NCBI GenBank assembly: GCA_963784025.1
Contig: CAWAPW010000006.1
Span: forward strand, 269,213-333,212
Origin: Bryobacterales bacterium
GTDB lineage: Bacteria > Acidobacteriota > Terriglobia > Bryobacterales > Bryobacteraceae
Reading direction: 5' to 3'
Length of the DNA: 64,000 bases
Positions 37,189-47,962 of this stretch are shown here, one piece after another (the first letter of the stretch is position 1; each line of letters starts with the position of its first letter). Both the position numbers and the translations under genes were made by a program. The notes beneath the pieces are model-generated. The model ran no database searches, was not told the DNA's origin, and saw only the letters and a program-made list of their open reading frames with translations.

Positions 37189-37923
37189 GTGATTGAAGAC
37201 GCCACAACTTTCCGCAACAAAGAGAAGGTCCTGTTCGACCTTTCTCAGGCCCTGCATTTTTCGCCCGAGTGCCTGGAGGCGAATCGCAAGGGTCGGCTTT
37301 CCAAAGCGCAACTGAAAACGTTCGCGCCACAGATTGCCCAGCCGGCCATTTTGACCGCTGTTTTCGCCGTAGCTCCCTTCGCGATCTGGACCTGGATCAC
37401 AGCCCAGCGCGAACAGATTCCCTTGGGAAATGCCTTTCCCACTCTGATCAAGGAACTGCTCCACGTGAATTGTTTGATGGAGACTCACGGAAAGGTGGGG
37501 GGCGCCATCATGCTCGGTTCTATTCTGATCTCGCTGGGGCTAGCGGTGTTCATGGCCGTGCGCGTGCCGTTGATGCTCTATTTCGATCTTCTCGACGGCA
37601 AGGTGGAAGCCAGGGAAGGCCGGGTGGTGGCGCGCGAAGAACAGATCAACCGTGCCAACGGGCGCGATCCCATCGAGAAATATTTTTTCTCCTTGCGGTA
37701 CTTAAACATGCCGGTGAATCTGGCCGCTTACCGGGCGTTAGAAGCCGGATCCATTTACATCGTTTATCTTTTGCCCCGCAGCGAGATGCTGGCGTCCATC
37801 GAACCTAAAATAGAAGGGGGCGAACCCAAGATCGAAGACGCCGCGCGGACTGTCACCTCACCGTCTGTCACCTCCCAGGAAAGGTCTTCCCCGAAATCTT
37901 CGCCGGCGCCGTCACGGAAATGA
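37189..37923 (+). CDS. Hypothetical membrane protein
   Basis: 244-aa ORF (GTG start) with two or three hydrophobic segments and a Ser/Pro-rich tail. No family recognised. Confidence 0.4.
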   Translation: MIEDATTFRNKEKVLFDLSQALHFSPECLEANRKGRLSKAQLKTFAPQIAQPAILTAVFAVAPFAIWTWITAQREQIPLGNAFPTLIKELLHVNCLMETHGKVGGAIMLGSILISLGLAVFMAVRVPLMLYFDLLDGKVEAREGRVVAREEQINRANGRDPIEKYFFSLRYLNMPVNLAAYRALEAGSIYIVYLLPRSEMLASIEPKIEGGEPKIEDAARTVTSPSVTSQERSSPKSSPAPSRK

Positions 37924-38076
37924 CCGCACTCCTTCTCCTTCCGAACGAGCAGGTTAGGAAAATTCTCCTGTTTGCCGGGCGCGCCACGCTGTGATACGAT
38001 AGGTAAGCTCTCATGGATCGCATCCGCGAAGCAGTTCCGCCAAATCCCCTACAACGGAGTTAACGACAGACCTCGA

Positions 38077-38496
38077 ATGAGCTTTACAGTATTCCTCGGA
38101 AATTTGCCTGTCTGGGTTACTAAGGACGACATCAAGTCCTGGCTTAACGCAGAAAACCTCGTCTACGACGATGTCAAGGTGATCCGCAACCCAGAGACTC
38201 AAGAGTCCAAGGGATTCGCCTTCATCGACACCCCCAACTCGGAAGAAATGAACTCGATCATCCGGCGCTTTGACCGCGCGCCGCTTGAGGATCGGTTGCT
38301 GCGTGCGAATCAAGCGCAGCCGCCCAGATCGAAAGGGCCCGGTCCCGCCGGACCAACGGGTCAACAAGTAAATCGCACCGCCGCTGGTCCACCTCCACGC
38401 CGTGAGCGTGGTGGAAAAAAACATAAGCGTCCGCAGCAGACCGGTCCGCAAGGCCCGCCCAGTGCATTCGCGGAAGAATTAGCCAAGGCTCTCTAG
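38077..38496 (+). CDS. RRM-type RNA-binding protein
   Basis: ATG at 38077. RNP-2-like FLGNLP, RNP-1-like KGFAFIDT, and an Arg/Pro/Gly-rich tail. Confidence 0.8.
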   Translation: MSFTVFLGNLPVWVTKDDIKSWLNAENLVYDDVKVIRNPETQESKGFAFIDTPNSEEMNSIIRRFDRAPLEDRLLRANQAQPPRSKGPGPAGPTGQQVNRTAAGPPPRRERGGKKHKRPQQTGPQGPPSAFAEELAKAL

Positions 38497-38670
38497 GGCT
38501 CACGCGAGCCAAACCTCGCGCGGGCCTTCCCTCTCCATCTTTCTTAACTTTTCTGTAACTCCTCACCGCAGCTATAACATCGTCCCTATTTTCAGTGCTA
38601 TACTCAATGGCACCTGTTTGAAACAGGGGTGCCCTTTGATCCACAATCAGCACGCGCCGGGGGTGGTTTA

Positions 38671-39792
<1,122 letters not shown>

Positions 39793-39828
39793 GAAATTGC
39801 AATGGGCGCCCGCGGCTGAGGAATCTCT

Positions 39829-40554
39829 ATGAAAGTCACTGTAATTCTCCCGGCCGCAGGGCTGGGAACACGCATGGGGCGAGCCGTCCCCGAAAAGGCC
39901 GGCACCAGCCGCAAGCAGTTCATGCTGCTGGAAGGGTCGCCCATCCTGCTGCACACCATCCGGAAGTTTGCCTCTACGCCCGCGGTGTCGGAGATCGTGG
40001 TGGCGTTGCGTCCCGACGACATGGAATGGGTGCGCGAGCTGCTGCGCGTGGAAAAGTTCGGCAAGCCGGTGCGCCTGGTAGAAGGCGGCGATAGCCGGCA
40101 GGAATCGGTAGAGCACGCTTTGGCAACGCTCGACGCCGGCACCGAACTGGTGGCGGTGCACGACGCCGTGCGGCCGTTCATCGAGCACAACGTCCTGGAC
40201 AAGGTGTTCGCCGAAGCCGAAGAAAACGGAGCCGCCATCGTCGGCATCGTGCCCGTCGACACCGTGAAGCAGGTGCATCGCAATAAAATCCGCCAGACCA
40301 TTCCGCGCGAGCGCCTGATTCTGGCGCAGACGCCGCAGGTGTTCCGCTTCGATCTGCTCAAGAGCGCGTTCGCCAAGGCGCGCGAGGATGGGTTCGCCGG
40401 CACCGACGAGTCCAGCCTGGTGGAACGCCTGGATCAAGTGGAGGTGAGCGTTGTTCCGGGCAGCGATCGCAATTTGAAGATCACCAAGCCGTCCGACATG
40501 GACCTGGCGCGTCTGTTCCTGGCGGAAGAAATGACGGCCAAGGTAGGTTCTTGA
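39829..40554 (+). CDS. ispD: 2-C-methyl-D-erythritol 4-phosphate cytidylyltransferase
   Basis: 241-aa intact ORF. VILPAAGLGTRMG..., VHDAVRPF, AQTPQVF. Confidence 0.9.
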   Translation: MKVTVILPAAGLGTRMGRAVPEKAGTSRKQFMLLEGSPILLHTIRKFASTPAVSEIVVALRPDDMEWVRELLRVEKFGKPVRLVEGGDSRQESVEHALATLDAGTELVAVHDAVRPFIEHNVLDKVFAEAEENGAAIVGIVPVDTVKQVHRNKIRQTIPRERLILAQTPQVFRFDLLKSAFAKAREDGFAGTDESSLVERLDQVEVSVVPGSDRNLKITKPSDMDLARLFLAEEMTAKVGS

Positions 40555-41033
40555 GCGATTTCCGCGTAGGCCAGGGCTGGGACGTGCATCGCATCGTGCC
40601 GGGCCGGCCGATGATACTGGGCGGCGTGACAATTCCTTCCGAGTTCGGCTTGGAAGGCCACTCGGACGCCGACATCCTGTCGCACGCCATCACGGACGCG
40701 CTGCTGGGCGCGGTTGCATTGGGCGATATCGGGATGCACTTTCCCGATACGGATCCGCGCTGGAAGGACGGCGACAGCCTGCTGTTCCTGCGGCACGCGC
40801 TCGAGTTGGTGGCGAATGAAGGCTATCAAGTGGCGAACGTGGATTCCACGGTAATTCTGGAGCGGCCCAAACTGAAGGATTATCGCTCGGCCATTCGCGC
40901 CAAGCTGGCCGAAACGCTCGGGCTCAAAGTTGACCGGGTCTCGGTGAAATTCAAAACCGCGGAGCGCTTGGGACCGGTGGGCGAAGGGCTCTCGGCGGAG
41001 GCGCAGGCCGTGGTTCTAATCTCGCACGGGTAA
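40551..41033 (+). CDS. ispF: 2-C-methyl-D-erythritol 2,4-cyclodiphosphate synthase
   Basis: 160-aa intact ORF. RVGQGWDVHR, GHSDADILSHAITDALLGA, and a 4-nt overlap with ispD. Confidence 0.9.
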   Translation: MSDFRVGQGWDVHRIVPGRPMILGGVTIPSEFGLEGHSDADILSHAITDALLGAVALGDIGMHFPDTDPRWKDGDSLLFLRHALELVANEGYQVANVDSTVILERPKLKDYRSAIRAKLAETLGLKVDRVSVKFKTAERLGPVGEGLSAEAQAVVLISHG

Positions 41034-41037
41034 ACTG

Positions 41038-42433
41038 ATGGTATTGACCGCCGCACCGCCGCGAGGGCCGAAGAACCCGCCGATTGTCGGGAACCTCTAC
41101 GCCTTCCGTTCCAATCCGCTTCGATTCCTCAGCAAAGTCGCGCGCGAGTATGGCGACGTGGTCTATTTCCGAGTGGCGCGCCAGCACATGTATCTGGTGA
41201 ATCATCCCGATTACGTGCGCGAGATCCTGGTGAACAACCAGGGCAATTTCCTGAAGAGCCGCGCGTTGCAGCGCTCGAAGGTGCTGCTGGGCGAGGGATT
41301 GCTTACCAGCGAAGGCCAGCTACACCTGCGGCAGCGGCGCTTGGTGCAGCCCGCGTTTCATCGCGAGCGGCTGGCGGGTTACGCTTCTGCGATGAGCGGC
41401 AGGCGGTGCGGTGTGCGCGAGCGCTGGCAGGCTGGGAGCACGATGGATATCTCGACGCGAGATGCCGCAATTGACGCTGTCGGTGGTGGCGAAAACTTTG
41501 TTCAGCGCCGACGTGGAATCGGAAGCATCCGAAATCGGCGAGGCGATGACCGCGGTGCTCCAGATGTTCCGCTTGCTGTTGATGCCATTTTCCGATTACT
41601 TGTTCAAGCTGCCGCTGCCTTCCGTACGCCGCTTTCAGAAGGGCCGGGCGCGGCTGGATCCACGATTTACGGGCTGATTCGCGAACGCCGCAATAGCGGG
41701 GTGGATACCGGCGATCTGCTGTCGATGCTGTTGTTCGCGCAAGACGAGAGCCGGACGGAGGGAAAAAAGACGGCGGCGGCATGACGGACAAGCAGGTGCG
41801 CGATGAAGCGCTCACGCTGTTCCTGGCCGGGCACGAAACCACCGCGAACGCGCTGACCTGGACCTGGTATCTGCTCTCGCAACATCCCGAGGTGGAGCGA
41901 CGGCTGCACGAAGAAATCGATACTGTTCTTCAGGGCCGCGCGCCCGAACTTGCCGACGTTCCGCAATTGCGCTATACCGAAATGGTTTTTTCCGAGGCGC
42001 TGCGATTGTATCCGCCGGCCTGGGCGAATCGGCCGGATGGTGAAAGGTCCGTTTGAACTCGGGAGGGGTGGAGATCCCCGCGAAATCCATCTGCATCCTG
42101 AGCCCTTACCTGATTCATCGCGATGCGCGCTGGTTTCCGGAGCCTGAGAAATTCGACCCCGAGCGCTGGACGCCGGAAGCCCGCGAGGCGCGGCCCAAGT
42201 TCGCCTATTTTCCATTTGGAGGCGGCGCGCGTGTTTGCATCGGTGAGCGCTTCGCTTGGATGGAAGGCGTGATCGTGATGGCGGCGATCGCGCAGAAATG
42301 GCGCCTGCGCCTGGAGCCGGGCCAGACCGTGGAGCCGCTGCCATTGATTACGCTGCGCGTGAAGAACGGCCTGCGGATGACCGCCGAGCCGCGTGTTGCC
42401 AAAGTTAGAACGACACTCCCAACAGGAACGTAA
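41038..42433 (+). pseudogene. Cytochrome P450, about five frameshifts as sequenced
   Basis: Pieces lie in three frames: ...LLTSEGQLHLRQRRLVQPAF; [16 protein letters not shown]; IYGLIRERR; [18 protein letters not shown]; [10 protein letters not shown]; FDPERW...FPFGGGARVCIG (haem Cys loop). Shifts fall near 41455, 41660, 41775, 42022 and 42065. Confidence 0.8.
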
Positions 42434-43528
42434 CGCCTGCGGACTGTCCGCCGTCCATCGGCAGATTCAGCCGCGCGTCAATCTGGACTGGCCCGAGTTT
42501 GATGTCCACACCCACGGCCAGATCGATGCTTGTCCCTGTGGCGCTGAAGGTCCACTGGACTTGGCCGCTCCTGAATGTGAGCGTTCCGCTGAATGCCGCT
42601 GTTCTTGTGATCTGATTTCCCGCGCCACCGAAAGTTTGCGTGAACGTGAAGCCCAACTGTAGGCTGGTCTTTCCGAGCACACCCTGGCATTGGCCGCCGA
42701 TGGTGAGCGTGGTTGCGCCGGCCGCCAAGCTGCAGATCGCCGCGAAGATTCGGCTGTGCCAGCGATGTGTTGAACGAGAGCGTGGTGGAGGCTACCATCG
42801 GATCCCCGGAACTCGAAACCTGCGGTTCGATGACGTAGGTGAGCGAGAAATCGGCGCCGATCATCAGCGTTCCTTGAAAATCGATGCTGAGATTCTTGTT
42901 GCCCTTGGTGTAGCTGTAGGTCAGTTGATTTGTACTGCGATTGACGGCCACCGCCTTCGGCAGCTCGAAGATTTTTTCGCCGCTGGCCGTCTGGTAATGA
43001 AAATCCAAGAGAGGCGTTCCGTTCGCGTCTACCTTGCTTTGCCAGGAACCGGCGAACCCGAGAACGTTGGTCTCGAGCACGTTGTCCTGGTTTGCGAAAT
43101 GAAAAATGAAGCGGCCGATGCGGATCGCTGACGAATCCGTCCAGCGTGGACGTGACGCCGCCAACGGTGAACGCGAGGTTGTGATCGGGAGTCATTTCCC
43201 AATCGCCCTGGAGCGTGAAGCTGAAGGCAGCGGCACGGTCTGGTTTGACACTCAGCGCGGTGTCGCGCGTGGTGAAGGAATTGTACAGCCCGCCGGCGGA
43301 GAAGTTGAAGATTTCGACGCGGTTCGATTGAATGGTGAGTTGATTCTTGTCGTTGAAAACCCACGCGACGTTGAAGGCAACCACTCCGGTGAAGGCAAGT
43401 GAGCCAGTGACAATTTGGTTTGTGGCGTTGGTGGTCCAGGATCCAACGGAGGCGCCGCCCACGGAGACGCCGCCGCTGGTGTCGAATTGGTAGACGCTGG
43501 CGCCGTTAGTGAGTTGGAAATGCGACAT
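42405..43528 (-). pseudogene. Beta-strand-rich protein without a signal peptide, C-terminal ...FLLGVSF; two frameshifts as sequenced
   Basis: ATG at 43528 (MSHFQLTNGASVYQFDTSGG...) overlaps the end of the upstream Omp85-like gene. Shifts fall near 43135 and 42728. The C-terminus shows alternating hydrophobic strands. No family recognised. Confidence 0.45.
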
Positions 43529-45352
43529 TGAAATAGAATTTCCCCGGCTGCCTCCGGTTGCGGCCTGGCCGAAACCATAGGCCCAATCGAACTTCAGCAC
43601 TGCGACGCGCAGGTCAAGCCGCAGACCCGTTCCCGGCCCCGCGCGCAGCCCGGGGTACGATCCCGTGGTCTGATACGCTCCGCCGAGATCGAAAAATGTC
43701 GCGATCTTCAGCGGCGGCAGGCGCGGGAAACACGCGCCACCACAGTTCGCTTTGCGTGCTCCAAAGCCTGCCGTCCGATCGCGTCATCGGCGCGAAACCC
43801 TCGCACCGTGTCCGCGCCTCCCAAGGAAGGGAGCTCGAAGATAGGAGCGTCGCCGACAGCATTTTCGAAGCGGCCGCTCAAATCGTACTCCCAATGATCG
43901 AAGGTGCGATGCGTGTTGGCGGTGACGATGCAATCGGCAAAACGAAGATCCATCAAGATGCGCGGTTCAATGGTCGTCCGGGAAGGGTATTGGGAAGTGA
44001 GATCGTTGTGAACGAACTGGAAGCCGGGCTTGATCGTGTTCAACGTTTCGTTCAGAACCACGGCGTGGCTCGGAACGAACTGGAGCATGACCGTGTTTCC
44101 GTCCAGGCCGCGCCAAGGCTCCCATGCGAGCGTCGCGGACTCAGCGGTGCTTTGTTCGTTTACTTTGACGCCATCCAGCACGCGATTGCGTTCCACGGTC
44201 ACGCCGGCATTCGCACTTGCGGAAAAGCCGAGGAGGTCTGCCGAATAGCTGACCGATCCCAAAGTGCCCGACGGTCCGCCTCCCGAGAGGCTCAGAGAGG
44301 ACAACTGCAGCATTCCCGAGGGCACTGATACCTTGGCCCGGTTTGTATTCGAATCCGGCAGCCAGATGATCGCGAATACTTCTTAGCTGCCTTTTGCACG
44401 CGCAGATCGACGTATTGGCTTGCGCCCGGCTTTGTGCCTGCTTGCGTGCTCGCTTGGGTGGCTACTGTATAACCGAGCGGCGAGATCAGAAGCTGCATCG
44501 CCTGGATCTGATACTGGATCGCATAAGGTTCGTCGCCTTCGGCGTAGCCGAGGTCGCGATCGAAAATCGACGATGCGCTTCCCCTCCGCCCTGCCGAAAG
44601 TCGCCGGTGTCGAGCAGATCCCAAAGCAGCCGGTCGATATCGCGCGCCGGAACCTGATCGGCGGGCAACACGATGGAAGCGATGCGTGGCCCTTCGACGA
44701 TCTGAATCGTCTGATTCCTCGGAAGCACCAGGATTTGCGGCGTCAGCCCGAGATTCGTATACAACGGAGCGATAGCTTTGCGAATGTTGGCGGAGGACCA
44801 CAAAGACCCATTGAGCCGCGCCAGACGTTTTCGCAGTTGCGGTATGCGCGTGCGGCCGCCGCGATTCCAGCATCGCGGGCAACTGGATGCTCACGGTGTT
44901 CGAATCGAATGGCGGCAGGATGGAGAACGAGATGGCGCCGTTCAATGGGTCGATCTCATCTTCGTTTAAGATCAGACCCGAGTCCGGCGTTTGCTGCAAG
45001 AGTTTCGCGAACAGAAATCGACGAGAAAAGCGTTCCCAAGATCCGGGCGATCGGGATCCGCGGCGGACCACGCTTCGTAAGCGGTGACGTAGTCCGGCCA
45101 TGCGCAGTCACCCAGCAGGCCAGACGCGAGGAGACCGATTCTCGCAATCGCCTGTCGCACACTTCGCCGAATCGCGGGCTCGAATTTGACGAGCGACGGA
45201 GCAACCTGAAACGCGTCTCGATCGATGGCCAGCTTGCCGCCGACGATCTTGAAACTTACCGAGTATTGGCCGCGCGAAGGAACGGGCTGGGCGCAAGCGC
45301 AACTGGCGAGCACGCACAGCCCTGCAAAACAGGCTGTGCCCAGCGACTGCAT
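43506..45352 (-). pseudogene. Omp85-superfamily (BamA/TamA/ShlB-like) outer-membrane transporter, about seven frameshifts as sequenced
   Basis: Leader MQSLGTACFAGLCVLASCAC. POTRA-like segments (LYTNLGLTPQILVLPRNQTIQIVEGPRIASIVL). Barrel motifs ELPSLGGADTVRGF and GTGLRLDLRVAVLKFDWAYGFG. The probable true end, GKFYFNVAFPTH*, is reached after a 1-nt shift in a G-run near 43545. Confidence 0.6.
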
Positions 45353-45377
45353 TCGGTTTGCGTCTGAAGTGTAGCAG

Positions 45378-46063
45378 CTATAAGGTGAGCTTCCGAAGAA
45401 CGGCCCGCGCGGGTGCGCCGTCGCCGCCGATGATCTTTAGCGGCAGGCAAACCAGTTCATACTCGCCCGGCTCGACATGCTCCAGGTTAAGGCCTTCGAT
45501 GATCCAGATGCCTGCTTGGAGCAGGATACGGTGCGTTTCTGGACCTCCGCTGTTCGAATCCGCCTACGGAAAGATAATCGACGCCCACGGTATGGACGCC
45601 GCGTCGCGGACAAGTAGTGAGCCGTCTCGGGAGCGATGTAAATATATTTCTTCTGGAAGTGATCGGTCTTCCAGCAGCGCGCGGAATTGCCGGTCTTGAA
45701 CAGCACGCGCTCGCCCTTGGCCAGGTGATGCGGTTCGAGCTCCGAGGACCGGATCACTTCCGGATCCTGGATCTCAATCACGCGCGCACGTCCGATGGAC
45801 GCGTCCAGCGGCATGCTCTCCATGCCAGCGCCGTCCGCCAGGTAATGGCGCGGAGCATCCATGTGAGTTCCGATATGCGCGGTGGTGGAAATCTGCGACA
45901 GGTTGCAGGGATCGCCGCTCGCGATGTCGAGCGTGCTGGTCCGTTCAAACGGCGCATCGCCCGGCCAAGTGACCATGCCGTTGCGGAGAGGCACGGAAAT
46001 GTCGATCCAATTGTTCATTGTCTTCGCTGCGCTCATCCTGTTCATTGTCTTCGCTGCGCTCAT
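45378..46063 (-). pseudogene. Cyclase-family protein (kynurenine formamidase-like), two frameshifts as sequenced
   Basis: WIDISVPLRNGMVTWPGD...AHIGTHMDAPRHY.... Shifts near 45600 and 45548 lead to GVHTVGVDYLSVGGFEQ and then GGPETHRILLQAGIWIIEGLNLEHVEPGEYELVCLPLKI.... The ATG overlaps the upstream stop (ATGA). Confidence 0.7.
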
Positions 46064-47148
46064 CGGTCACCAATCGCGACTACGTTCTTGACGCCGCCCG
46101 GCTGGTTCTTCAGCGCGTCGAGCGCGCGCTCTATCGGAAAACGGGCTGTGATCACGGAGCGCAAAGTCTCGGGCCATTTCTGTGCAAAGACGCCGAGATG
46201 CTGGATCGCGGATTGAAACGCTTGCGGAGGCGCGTTCACGCTGCCCAAGACGAGCTGATTATTCAGCACCATGTTGCGCATGATTTCGTCCGTATCTACC
46301 GGAATCGGCCCTTTGTGGCCCGGCACGCCCGTGAACACGAAAACCGCATTCGGCCCCAAATGTTTCAGCACATCGAAGGCGAGGCCGGATGCGCCGGTGG
46401 CTTCATACACCACATCGATGGGCCCAACTATCTTCGCCATCTCGTCGGTGGAATGCGTTTCGGCGGCGATGTATTGAACTCCAATCGCGTCGAGGAGCCG
46501 ATTCTTCTCTTCATGATCAGGCGATCGCGAGTAAACGGTGACCTCGAAGCCTTCCACCTTCAGGGCCATTGCGCCCAGAATTCCCACGGGTCCCGCGCCC
46601 AGCACAACCGCGCGGCGTTGCCCCTCCCACGGGAGACGCCGCTGCACGGTCCAAATCTGCTCCAGCGACTTTTCGGCGATGGTCAGGGGTTCCACCAGCA
46701 CCGCCACGTCGCGTAATTCGCGCGGAACGGGATTGAGATAGCGCTCTTCTTCCACCACGAATTCGGTCATGTAGCCATGCTTCGCTTTGATGCCGCGCTC
46801 GGTGTAATCGCCGGTGTAGCAGAAATCCTGACGGCCTTCGCGGCAAGCTACACAAGATGGATGAGGGCACGGCCTGCGAACCGTCATCACCACCAGATCG
46901 CCCGGCTTTACTTTCGAAACCTGCGCGCCGGTCTCAACCACTTCGCTGAGCGATTCATGGCCGATGATCAAATACTCGCAGCCCTCGGGCGGCGTGCCGT
47001 ACTGGAACGAGACGATCTCACGATCGGTTCCACAAACGCCGACGTCCAGCACGCGCATCTTGGCCTGGGTGGATGAAGCGATGTGAGGCTCCGGATGATC
47101 GATGACGCGGACTTCGCGCTTGCTGGGATAGACGGCGACGGCCTTCAT
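46060..47148 (-). CDS. Zinc-dependent MDR-family dehydrogenase, glucose 1-dehydrogenase-like
   Basis: 362-aa intact ORF. GVCGTDREI, GHESLSEV, structural-Zn Cys cluster (CPHPSCVACREGRQDFC), and Rossmann motif VLGAGPVG. Confidence 0.7.
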   Translation of the reverse strand: MKAVAVYPSKREVRVIDHPEPHIASSTQAKMRVLDVGVCGTDREIVSFQYGTPPEGCEYLIIGHESLSEVVETGAQVSKVKPGDLVVMTVRRPCPHPSCVACREGRQDFCYTGDYTERGIKAKHGYMTEFVVEEERYLNPVPRELRDVAVLVEPLTIAEKSLEQIWTVQRRLPWEGQRRAVVLGAGPVGILGAMALKVEGFEVTVYSRSPDHEEKNRLLDAIGVQYIAAETHSTDEMAKIVGPIDVVYEATGASGLAFDVLKHLGPNAVFVFTGVPGHKGPIPVDTDEIMRNMVLNNQLVLGSVNAPPQAFQSAIQHLGVFAQKWPETLRSVITARFPIERALDALKNQPGGVKNVVAIGDR

Positions 47149-47152
47149 TACT

Positions 47153-47962
47153 TCAGAATACGGAATCGGAACTTAGAATTTTCGTGTGGATCTGGCCGTT
47201 GCCCCAGGTGCAGTGGCGGCCGACGCCGGTCCAGTGCGCGGCTTCCAGATACGGCAGGAATTCGGCGAGATCGCCTTCGTATTCGGCGAATCCCAGGAAG
47301 CCGCCGATGCCGTGGCGCTGTCCCGTTCGGCTGCTGCGCCGCTGCACTTCAACTTCCCGTAATTGGGTCTGCACGGTTTTCACCGCCCGCGCGCGCTGGG
47401 CAAGTTCGCGAAAATCGATTTCGAGCGGTCCTGCGCCGTAAAGGCTGCGCAGCGTGCTCACGCGATCGCGCGCGCGTGCCAGCAAGACTGAAAACTCGCC
47501 TTTGGCTTCTTGGCGGTTGGCTTTTAGCTCCGTGGGCGTTTGAAATTCAACGCCTATGCGGTACGCAGGAACGATCGAAGGGTCGAGTTCGATAGCCACG
47601 GATGTTTTCTCTACCGACACCACGTCGGCCCATTGCGCAAAGGCCTGGGTGAAGTGCTCGATCACCGGATTGCGCGTGTCGAACAAGTGGAGATCGAAAC
47701 AAAATCGCTCACCGGGTCCCACAGTGCGTCCGCTCAGCGCCGCGGCTCGAAGCACGAACGGACGCGGCCAATCCGAAAAACCGCTGGGGCCCGAAGTTGT
47801 TCCCGCTGGTTCAAAGATTCGCGCGTAATCTTCCGCGCACGCCACTTCGCGCAAGGCGTGTCCCAGCGCGCCTCGCAAGACGTTACCCGCCATCCCCGGC
47901 GGAAATTGGATCGCACGCCGCGCCGAGAGCGTGAAACGGCACGCTTCCAGAACGAAGTTCAC
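47153..47962 (-). CDS. Cas6-like RAMP-superfamily protein (orphan; no CRISPR/cas context)
   Basis: GTG at 47962 overlaps the HK stop (GTGA). FVLEACRFTLSARRAIQFPPGMAGNVLRGALGHALR..., WPRPFVLRAAA...GERFCFDLHLF, and a C-terminal Gly-rich loop WTGVGRHCTWGNGQI, all in the manner of Cas6 (PF10040-like; from memory). Confidence 0.5.
   Translation of the reverse strand: MNFVLEACRFTLSARRAIQFPPGMAGNVLRGALGHALREVACAEDYARIFEPAGTTSGPSGFSDWPRPFVLRAAALSGRTVGPGERFCFDLHLFDTRNPVIEHFTQAFAQWADVVSVEKTSVAIELDPSIVPAYRIGVEFQTPTELKANRQEAKGEFSVLLARARDRVSTLRSLYGAGPLEIDFRELAQRARAVKTVQTQLREVEVQRRSSRTGQRHGIGGFLGFAEYEGDLAEFLPYLEAAHWTGVGRHCTWGNGQIHTKILSSDSVF

Noticed and set aside
43506-43600. Reading the Omp85 barrel and the downstream beta-rich protein as one genuine polypeptide of about 980 aa.
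   Set aside because: A 1-nt shift in a G-run restores a textbook terminal beta-signal (GKFYFNVAF) and a stop. Given the local indel density, two overlapping genes is the more conservative reading. The fusion reading is kept only as an alternative in the findings.
45545-45570. A tRNA T-arm-like string (TGTTCGAATCCGCC).
   Set aside because: It lies inside the cyclase coding sequence, encoding GGFEQ on the other strand. No acceptor, anticodon or D-arm pairing can be drawn around it. I recognised no tRNA or rRNA gene anywhere in the window.
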